Shown here piece after piece: positions 56,857-64,000 of a stretch of DNA of 64,000 nt. The notes beneath the pieces were generated by a model, which worked only from the letters and a program-made list of their open reading frames with translations, ran no database searches and had not been told where the DNA came from. A program made the position numbers and the translations under genes. This DNA comes from Poseidonia sp. Lineage in GTDB: Archaea; Thermoplasmatota; Poseidoniia; Poseidoniales; Poseidoniaceae. The stretch covers positions 6,648 through 70,647 of the forward strand of contig JAUREJ010000003.1 of NCBI GenBank assembly GCA_030827475.1, read 5' to 3'. Within the stretch, counting starts at the first letter, position 1, and every line of letters begins with the position of its first letter.

Positions 56857-59277
56857 TCAAAACTCCAAATCATCCTCGGGTTTTTGATTGGTGAGGATGT
56901 TCTGCGCCTCAAGCGATTGAACCTCGGACATCACTGAGGCAGTTGCTGCTCCATCCCCAAGGGGAGGTGCAGGGAGGAGACCTTGATGTTGAAGCGATGA
57001 CAGGAGATCATCTGCCTTGGCCTTCCCAAAGTCTTCTGTCCGTTTGTCCAACACCAAGGTTGCGGCACTGACAAGTGCATTATCAACCGGGGACTGAGGT
57101 TGGCTCGGTTGCCCGTGAGCGTGACGGAACATGGCTTCGTAGGTCTCTTTGGGGACGGCTTGCAAGGGCTCGCGAGGCGTTTCAAGAACTTCTTCAGGTG
57201 TTGGCTCTTTTTGGTAACGGGTCATCCAATCGTCTTCTGCACTTGTTTCTTGGTAGGGCAGTACGTTTTGCTGCTCCAATCGACGATCACGGTCGATGAC
57301 CGCTTTGTAAATCACAAGGCTCGCAAAGACGATTGCAAGCAGCACACCCGACCATGCTTTGACATAGAGTACTGCCGTGCTCGCTATACCGCCCCAATCA
57401 ATTCCTCCGTCCTCTTCATCCGCCGGTTGCCAAGCTTGTCCAAGATAGTCGCCCGTTGAGGTGTGGACAAACGGTAATTCAGGAGCGTAGCGTGACCGAA
57501 TGGTGGTGGTGATGGTGACCGTGCCGTTGTTGACTTGGTCCTGCGGGAGTTGAATCCAAGCTCGAATGGTGAAGTTGGAATTGAGGGGGATGTCGTTGAT
57601 TTCAAAGGACCGCGGAAATTCAACATCGTCTTCATAAACGGCGTTTTCAGGAGGTATGAACCCCATATCAACCACATGGCTTGATTGCAGTTGGACGATG
57701 AGCCCATCGATGGCGTTTCCATCGTTTCTCGCTTCCATGGCGATGGTGAGCCGGCCCCTGGCGTTGACTTGCTCAGCAATGTTTCTGAAGGTCCACTTGA
57801 TTTCGGGTCCAACGACCAAAGGAATGCTGACCGTATCAAGGACGGTTCCGGCATCGCCCAGAACTTCAATGGAGGCAACGCCGGTCATGAACGCAACGCT
57901 CCCCTCATCTGCGGTCACGTTGAGAGGGGCGAAGGTTTTGGTTTGGCCTTCTTGAACGAGCATCGCCTCGGGAGGGAGGGTGACCTCAAACCCGTCCGTT
58001 ACTTCACCGAGGCGCAGGACATAGGTGTTGTACGAATTGCCCGTGTTGAGGACGCTGATGGTCGCTGAACACGCTTGTTCGGGAAGAATGTTATTGCACC
58101 CGTCTTCGGTGTAGGTTGCCAAAGCAGATGTTGTCCGGTTGATGGTGGCCGTCATCGGTGCCGTTCGCAACAAGGAACTCGCACCGCTTGCAAAAACTTG
58201 GAGTTGAATGTGCATGCTGCCTGCGAATTCATTGGGTGCTTGAAAACCGATCTCAACGGTTCGGCTCTCGTTGGGTTGGAGAGTGATGTCTTCTAAACCT
58301 CCAAAAAGCGCAACAACCCAACCCTCCTGCGTGAATCGGTCGGATGGCGTTGATCCAGCGAGGATCTCACCGTTTTCATCCAAGGGTTGGAGGGTGATGT
58401 TCAGCGTGTTGGGTGTGTTCCCAACGTTGCGGACGACCGCATACAGGCGCCCGTCCTGATTAGGTGCAACTTCCAAAAACGGATCGTAAGTGTCAATCGT
58501 GGCGTTTTTCTTTTCATTCATCATCAAATCGACCGACCATTGAACTGCGGCTCTGTCGAGGGACGAAGTGGCCGTGAGGGTGAACCGCGGACCGGTTTCA
58601 AAGAGAGGCATGCCGTTTTGGATGGCGGGGACATCAACCCAAAAGTAGGCGTAGACGAGTTGGTTTGGCTGAACAACGAGGTGTGCCTGGCCTCCAACGA
58701 CGTTTTGCATCTGCCAACCCCAGTCCCATCCCGAGTTGGTGGAGAGAGAGAACGAAACGTTGTCAGCCAGGGTTCCGTTATTTGTGAGGTTCATCGCAAT
58801 GGAGGTTCGTACCTTCTCATCGACCGTGAATTGACTCACGCCTTGGGAGCCAAAGTTGAGATTGGACCAGGGTGCAACGATGACATTCATGGTGATGGTT
58901 TTCGATTCCGCCCCTTCGAGGTCACTTGAAACGCTAAACGAGACCGTGTGGTTTTGGAATGCTGCGGATCCATTGGCTTTGATGGAAAACACCAGTTGTC
59001 TCAAGTGGTTCGGGACGACGATTTCGGAAAGGGGTAAGCCGATGACCGTGAGCGGTTCGGGCACGCTCAATACCTCTATCGTCAGGGCTTGGTTGACGTC
59101 TGCCTTGTTTTGAACCGTGATGTACGTCGAGACGGTCTCGTTTTGATGCACAATGACCTCAGTTGGGGCTATTGCGCCGATGACGTCTTCATCACGTCCC
59201 TCAGGATGGCTTTCCGCACCAAACACAGGGTTCAAGGTGGGGAGCACCAAAAGGACCAACACAGCCACCCAGCGCAT
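56857..59277 (-). CDS. Surface protein with ~5 NEW3/CARDB-like Ig repeats, TM and an acidic cytoplasmic tail
   Basis: Signal peptide; repeated (V/L).N.GN..(D/N) units; TM WSGVLLAIVFASLVIYKAVI; ~145-aa tail. Confidence 0.8.
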   Translation of the reverse strand: MRWVAVLVLLVLPTLNPVFGAESHPEGRDEDVIGAIAPTEVIVHQNETVSTYITVQNKADVNQALTIEVLSVPEPLTVIGLPLSEIVVPNHLRQLVFSIKANGSAAFQNHTVSFSVSSDLEGAESKTITMNVIVAPWSNLNFGSQGVSQFTVDEKVRTSIAMNLTNNGTLADNVSFSLSTNSGWDWGWQMQNVVGGQAHLVVQPNQLVYAYFWVDVPAIQNGMPLFETGPRFTLTATSSLDRAAVQWSVDLMMNEKKNATIDTYDPFLEVAPNQDGRLYAVVRNVGNTPNTLNITLQPLDENGEILAGSTPSDRFTQEGWVVALFGGLEDITLQPNESRTVEIGFQAPNEFAGSMHIQLQVFASGASSLLRTAPMTATINRTTSALATYTEDGCNNILPEQACSATISVLNTGNSYNTYVLRLGEVTDGFEVTLPPEAMLVQEGQTKTFAPLNVTADEGSVAFMTGVASIEVLGDAGTVLDTVSIPLVVGPEIKWTFRNIAEQVNARGRLTIAMEARNDGNAIDGLIVQLQSSHVVDMGFIPPENAVYEDDVEFPRSFEINDIPLNSNFTIRAWIQLPQDQVNNGTVTITTTIRSRYAPELPFVHTSTGDYLGQAWQPADEEDGGIDWGGIASTAVLYVKAWSGVLLAIVFASLVIYKAVIDRDRRLEQQNVLPYQETSAEDDWMTRYQKEPTPEEVLETPREPLQAVPKETYEAMFRHAHGQPSQPQSPVDNALVSAATLVLDKRTEDFGKAKADDLLSSLQHQGLLPAPPLGDGAATASVMSEVQSLEAQNILTNQKPEDDLEF

Positions 59278-59374
59278 GAACTCGGCTTAGGCAGGACCCC
59301 TATGAAACACACCCCTTCATGCTGGATTAAGCCGTAGCGTAGGTTTCTTGAATCAAGTCGAACACGCACAGTTC

Positions 59375-59800
59375 ATGCCTCCGTTTTGGCCGTTCAAGAA
59401 AAAGGATACCGTTGCTGAAGTGGATGAGGCGCCTCCTGCACCCATGGTCTACAAGCGAGGCGAAGACCCGCATGCCCGACCACTGGTGACCTCGGATACC
59501 GAGGCGTACAAAGATGCCCTCGCTCTCTTCGGCGACGGCTCTCAAACCGTTGAAGCGGCGACGGACCAGTCGGTCCACTACGACGGCGTAACGGCTTCGG
59601 ATGAACCGGTGTCATCTTTGGAGGATGAACCGGCAAGCGTTATGAGTCCATCGGCCGATGGGGGTGATGTCCCCTCTGATGAGACCGTGACTTGGGTTCA
59701 TCACACCGATGGCTATCATTACAAACGACATGCTGACGGTTCGTTTGAGCCAACACCGTACACGTTGGGGGAAAACGGTTCGTATCAGCCGTATTCCTGA
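59375..59800 (+). CDS. Acidic low-complexity hypothetical protein with an aromatic C-terminal micro-domain
   Basis: MPPFWPFKKK start with TTGAA 27 nt upstream; ends WVHHTDGYHYKRHADGSFEPTPY...YQPYS. Confidence 0.7.
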   Translation: MPPFWPFKKKDTVAEVDEAPPAPMVYKRGEDPHARPLVTSDTEAYKDALALFGDGSQTVEAATDQSVHYDGVTASDEPVSSLEDEPASVMSPSADGGDVPSDETVTWVHHTDGYHYKRHADGSFEPTPYTLGENGSYQPYS

Positions 59801-60468
59801 TCAAACAAGGTTGGTATCGGCTCAATCAGTCCGGGATGGTTCGCAGTCACTCTGTTCACTTCCGTGGAAACGGGGTGACGGGCGATGGTTGAGGTCGGCG
59901 TCTCATCGGGTTGTTCACCTTCGGTGAGCCACAAACCGAGATGTTCGTTTGTGAGCAACACCGGCATCCGGTCATGAACCGGGGCACAATCTGCATTGGA
60001 ACCACGGGTCAACATGGCAAAGGATTCAAGCGCATTCCCCTCCGAAATCCACGTGTCCCATATCGCCGCAAAGAGGCACGGATTCTTGTCCACTCGGCGG
60101 TGGTAAAAAGGAACCTTTCCACGGGGTGTCGTCATCCACTCGTACCATCCATCAGCGACCACCACCCCCCGCCGTCGTTCAAAGGCCGAACGGAACATTG
60201 GCTTTTCATGAACGGACTCGAGCCGGGCGTTGATGGGCTCGCGATGACTGGGTTTCGCCCATGATGCTCGAAATCCCCACTGCATCATTCGAAAGTGCCG
60301 CGGCACTTGGCTCTCGCCGTGGACACCGTGCTGGGTCATGACGGGAACCATGGTTGTGGGGGTAATGTTCCACGATGGCGTGAACGGCGTCAAATCGGAA
60401 AGGGGTTCAGACCCAAACTGCGCTGCGATGTCTTCGAGCGGCGTCGCAAGTGCGAATCGGCCGCACAT
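59785..60468 (-). CDS. SOS response-associated peptidase (SRAP/YedK/HMCES) family protein
   Basis: MCGRF N-terminus, NITPT, WG, INARLES, ADGWYEW, HDRMPV. Confidence 0.95.
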   Translation of the reverse strand: MCGRFALATPLEDIAAQFGSEPLSDLTPFTPSWNITPTTMVPVMTQHGVHGESQVPRHFRMMQWGFRASWAKPSHREPINARLESVHEKPMFRSAFERRRGVVVADGWYEWMTTPRGKVPFYHRRVDKNPCLFAAIWDTWISEGNALESFAMLTRGSNADCAPVHDRMPVLLTNEHLGLWLTEGEQPDETPTSTIARHPVSTEVNRVTANHPGLIEPIPTLFDQEYG

Positions 60469-60477
60469 GCTTCTTCC

Positions 60478-62226
60478 TCAAACGGGGTCATCGACCAAAC
60501 TGGCGAGCGTTGTGACGTCAAACTCTGCTCCGTTCAAGGGGACACGGAGGTCGTAGAGGACGGCGACGGCAGGGTCAAGTTCTCCAAAGCATCCCACCCA
60601 GGTTCCGTTGACCAGAACCTTGGCCGACCGGCCTGCGAGCCACGGCCCCTCTCCGTCAGGCAAGGCTTCCACCGACCAATCGGTCACGCCCATGTCGGTA
60701 CAGAGGGCTTGGATTCGTCCCCGAACCGCTGCAAAACCTCCAGCCCGCTCAGCGGTCAAGAACGCAAGTCGCTCGGTGTTCGCGTGGTTCCGCACCACCG
60801 TTCCCAATTCGTACACCGATTGAGGCAGGTCATGATGTCGATTCGCACCCAGCAGTCGAAGCAAACCCGGAAGGAGATGTTGCCTCAAGACGGTGTGCTC
60901 CACCGTGATGGGGTTGGTGATTTTTGTCACGGCATGTTGTGGCTCCCATCGCATATTGGTGAACTGGTCCCGTTCGTTGGAGAGGGTGAGGGATTGAATT
61001 TGCATCATGCCAAGGCCTTGCATCGCATCCCTCAATCGTCGGCGAAGGTGGTGGTCCGGCCGTGCTGTTGCCGTAAATTGGGCTTTGGGGTGGTCTACAC
61101 CCAAGTCCTCGTAGCCGTGGCCGATGGCCAACTCTTCGACGAGGTCCACGGGATGCAGAAGATCAAATCGCCATCGTGGCATCGTAAAGACGAGTTCGGA
61201 ACTACCAGCCCTGGCGACCGCCATCTTTCTGCTCCGTTCTGGGGCGCTTTCACCAACGGCTTGGCGACCCTCAAACCGACCGCCCATGCGATTGATGGCA
61301 TGGTGCAAATCCTCGTCGCTGAAGCTTCTTCCAAGCAGACTGGTGACCAACTCTTCGGGGACGATGTGGCGTTGGCCTTCGCCTACGGGGAGGGTACGCT
61401 TTTCGCCGGAACACGTCGTGATGTCAACGGTTTGAACCCTCCCTCCACGCTCCATCAGTTGGAGGCAAATGAGCATCAAAGAGGATTCACAAGCTCGTTC
61501 GTCCCATCCGGTAACATCGATGAAGAAATCCCGGGTGTTGTGCGTTACGGTTGTATGGTCGCCGTTGATGATGGGCGGGAAGGAGAGGACATCATCGTTG
61601 TCGTCCAAGATCAGAGGATAAGCGTCGTTCCCTTCCAAAAGATGTGCGTATTCCGTTCCTTTGGGGTGGAGTTCCAAAATCTGTTGAATCGTCATCGGCT
61701 CGTCACAGGCGAGTGGAACAAATGCTGCGGTTTCAGGAACGGTGACGACACGGAAGGGAGGGCGCAGTTTGGCCAAATCATGGACGCCGATGGAGACACG
61801 CCGCCGCCCCCGCCCGATGGCGAAGTGCAGTTTCTCTTGATGGTCCATCAAGCCCTTGATGAAGAGGTCAAGTTCAGCGGCATCGCCGGGCAAATCAACG
61901 TCACGGACGACGGCGCAATGGACCACCGGGCGGACAGAAGTAAGGCTCGGGTCCACGGAAACGGTGATTCCGCTTGGTGAGGTCTCCATATCGGGTTGTG
62001 CCGCTGCATTGTGCAGAAAGGGGGCCATGGCAAACGCCAAGGTCTCGCCGCTCAACAAGTCGGGGCGGTCGGGGAAAATTTCGATGTCAAGGGTTTCCTC
62101 GTTGCATGTGTCGATATCCGTTCCCAACAGCGGCAATTCCTCGTGTGTTTGACTCACATCATGGACGAGACCTCGCTTTTCCATCAACGAGGTGAGGAGT
62201 GACTGGGGGATGGAGATGGTGGGCAT
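60478..62226 (-). CDS. pheT: Phenylalanine--tRNA ligase beta subunit (archaeal type)
   Basis: DRPDLLS, QEKLH..IGRGR, IGVHDL, LSFPPIIN, RFDLLHPVDLVEELAIGHGY, GELDP. Confidence 0.96.
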   Translation of the reverse strand: MPTISIPQSLLTSLMEKRGLVHDVSQTHEELPLLGTDIDTCNEETLDIEIFPDRPDLLSGETLAFAMAPFLHNAAAQPDMETSPSGITVSVDPSLTSVRPVVHCAVVRDVDLPGDAAELDLFIKGLMDHQEKLHFAIGRGRRRVSIGVHDLAKLRPPFRVVTVPETAAFVPLACDEPMTIQQILELHPKGTEYAHLLEGNDAYPLILDDNDDVLSFPPIINGDHTTVTHNTRDFFIDVTGWDERACESSLMLICLQLMERGGRVQTVDITTCSGEKRTLPVGEGQRHIVPEELVTSLLGRSFSDEDLHHAINRMGGRFEGRQAVGESAPERSRKMAVARAGSSELVFTMPRWRFDLLHPVDLVEELAIGHGYEDLGVDHPKAQFTATARPDHHLRRRLRDAMQGLGMMQIQSLTLSNERDQFTNMRWEPQHAVTKITNPITVEHTVLRQHLLPGLLRLLGANRHHDLPQSVYELGTVVRNHANTERLAFLTAERAGGFAAVRGRIQALCTDMGVTDWSVEALPDGEGPWLAGRSAKVLVNGTWVGCFGELDPAVAVLYDLRVPLNGAEFDVTTLASLVDDPV

Positions 62227-62234
62227 GTCTTCAC

Positions 62235-63812
62235 CTACCGTGCGAACCAATGGGGGAGAGGGCGACCGTAACCTGCAAGGCGTAGGCCACTGACGGCGGC
62301 TGTTTCCTGATCCAAAGCTCTGAGGTGCTTTCGGTCCAGTAGGTCAACGCTGCTCAAACCGATGCGGCGAAGGTGGTGCGCAAGGTCATCTTGGGTTCCC
62401 TGAAGCCAGTAAGCGATGTCTTCGCCGTCCGCCGTAGGAGCAACGCACGCAACGAGGTCAACTCCCGAGGCCATCAAAACAGCCAGGTCGTGACCCGATG
62501 CAGCAAAACCCAGAAGGAACCCCGCTTGCGTCATCGTACCTTGGAGATGTTCTTTTTTGGAGCGCCCCATCATGGGAAGGGCGGCTGCTTCAGAAAGTCC
62601 AGACCCGTCTTCGATTCGAGCCATGGCAACATCGACACCGTGGTAGGCGGCCCTTGCGTGCAAGGCTTGGATGCGGCTGATGCCTTGGATGAGGACCACC
62701 GGAACGTTGGTTGATGCGACGGAGCGTAAAGCGACAAGCAAACCGTCGAGTTGCTCGGCGTTCATGGGGGGAAGTTCGTCGAGGTCAACGGCGAAGCCTC
62801 CAGCGTCTGGAAGCCAAGAAGCCACGTCGAGGAGGTTGGATTGACCAATCAACATCACATCAACGGCGCGTGGCTCGGCTTCAACAAGCGCAGGATGACG
62901 ATTGAGAATCGAGGTCACATCTGCAGGGGTGTTCCCGTCCGGCGACATGGTGCTGCCGCTGACCAAATTCGCCAGGAGGGGTACCGGAAGGGCCAACGAT
63001 TTCACCTCATCGCGGGTTCCGATCAAGGCGACGGTGTCGACGGTCTGGTAGGTTCTCAACGGAGGATTTTCTTCGTTGATGAGGCCGATTTGAGAGAGGT
63101 CGCCTGAGGAGACCACGAACCCGCCGTGCTCAAGATGGAGTTTTTCTTGGGCCATTAAACAGACCGCATCGGAGGGAACGTGCAAGGATTCATCGTCAAG
63201 TTTGGCGTTGATTTCTTTGACCTCATCCGCTTCAAGGGGGCGAAGCAGCACACCGGGTGCTGGAGGTGGGCAGCGACCGTTGACAACGATGCGCCCTCCG
63301 CTCATGCCTGCTCCAGGGTCAGGCCCTACATCGCCGTGGACCACGATGAGCCCTCCCTCCATGCCACCACCAATTCGAGCTCCGCTTGCACCTCGGATGA
63401 CCAAGGTGCCGCCTCGCATGGCTGCGCCGGCGTCGTCACCGGTTCCATCGAGGACCGTGATGCTGCCGTCGGCCATGGCGTAACCGGTGAAATGGCCCGC
63501 CATTTGTTCACAGACCACGGTTGTGCCGAGGTTCGCTGCACCGAGGAACGACCCGGCATCGCCTTGAATCGTGAACGAACCACCCTGTCCGAAGGCAGCG
63601 ACCCACGACCCGAGAACGCCAAGTGCCCGGACCCGAGCGCCTTCAGGGAGTGCGGGGCACAACCCCAATTCTCCGTTCTTTGGGACAGGGTCCCCCGCAT
63701 TGGTCCAACCGATGCGGAGAATGGCGTTTTGTTCGGCGGCAGCCTTCAGGCGGGGACCGAGTTTCTCGTTGATGTTCAACGACCTTGTGACCACCTCGTG
63801 GATATCCGCCAT
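62235..63812 (-). CDS. GXGXG (GltB C-terminal/FwdC-like beta-helix) domain fused to a degenerate glutamate-synthase-like FMN barrel
   Basis: Repeats G..M.GG.(L/I)V(I/V).G. The C-terminal half ends HLRRIGLSSVDLLDRKHLRAL..A..SG like GltB2 proteins, but has no Cys cluster. Start ATG 63812 or TTG 63827. Confidence 0.7.
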   Translation of the reverse strand: MADIHEVVTRSLNINEKLGPRLKAAAEQNAILRIGWTNAGDPVPKNGELGLCPALPEGARVRALGVLGSWVAAFGQGGSFTIQGDAGSFLGAANLGTTVVCEQMAGHFTGYAMADGSITVLDGTGDDAGAAMRGGTLVIRGASGARIGGGMEGGLIVVHGDVGPDPGAGMSGGRIVVNGRCPPPAPGVLLRPLEADEVKEINAKLDDESLHVPSDAVCLMAQEKLHLEHGGFVVSSGDLSQIGLINEENPPLRTYQTVDTVALIGTRDEVKSLALPVPLLANLVSGSTMSPDGNTPADVTSILNRHPALVEAEPRAVDVMLIGQSNLLDVASWLPDAGGFAVDLDELPPMNAEQLDGLLVALRSVASTNVPVVLIQGISRIQALHARAAYHGVDVAMARIEDGSGLSEAAALPMMGRSKKEHLQGTMTQAGFLLGFAASGHDLAVLMASGVDLVACVAPTADGEDIAYWLQGTQDDLAHHLRRIGLSSVDLLDRKHLRALDQETAAVSGLRLAGYGRPLPHWFAR

Positions 63813-63951
63813 GACCTCTGGTTTCAACCATCACCCAAATAGCCTGCTATCCATCACTTCCCAACGGTCCGTGTTTTCTCCCAACTGCCGTCTTTGGAAA
63901 GGCGAAGAAGCCTTTATTGACGGGCTCAATGAGCAGAGCATGGAGAAGGTC

Positions 63952-64000
63952 ATGACCGTTAAAGTCGCCATCAACGGATACGGGACAATTGGAAAGCGAG
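63952..64000 (+). CDS. gap: Archaeal (type II) glyceraldehyde-3-phosphate dehydrogenase, 5' fragment
   Basis: Translates as MTVKVAINGYGTIGKR, the archaeal GAPDH N-terminal signature; truncated by the window; alternative in-frame ATG at 63940. Confidence 0.9.
   Translation, partial: MTVKVAINGYGTIGKR

Noticed and set aside
60295-61980. 561-aa plus-strand ORF
   Set aside because: It is the antisense shadow of pheT/SRAP, has no motifs, and is explained by codon bias.
1-64000. Mobile element, provirus or genomic island
   Set aside because: I saw no integrase, transposase, capsid or terminase motifs, no att-like repeats and no obvious compositional break.

Overview
This is a gene-dense archaeal chromosomal segment. 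Archaeal uS15, ArcS, AglB, archaeal-type GluRS/PheT/RNase HII/GAPDH, a PGF-CTERM tail and many large acidic surface proteins point to Thermoplasmatota, most likely Marine Group II (Ca. Poseidoniales); this taxonomy is inferred, not searched. The left ~40 kb is dominated by cell-surface genes: a 3191-aa AglB/STT3 oligosaccharyltransferase with an extra N-terminal membrane domain and a ~1800-aa beta-sandwich extension, a membrane-anchored subtilase, a beta-helix/Ig surface protein directly followed by a wHTH-STAND NTPase-TPR protein, three overlapping pilin-like genes, a ~1900-aa Dx[DN]xDG-repeat protein, an 1815-aa surface protein and a zinc-protease lipoprotein. The right ~24 kb is mostly housekeeping (dnaJ, arcS, rps15, gltX, rnhB, pheT, gap) with some oddities: a pyroglutamyl peptidase-Nudix fusion, a probably inactivated DHH/RecJ-like gene and a GXGXG plus degenerate FMN-barrel protein. 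I found no rRNA, tRNA, CRISPR array or mobile element. A recurrent TT(C/G)AA element lies 27-30 nt upstream of many start codons.
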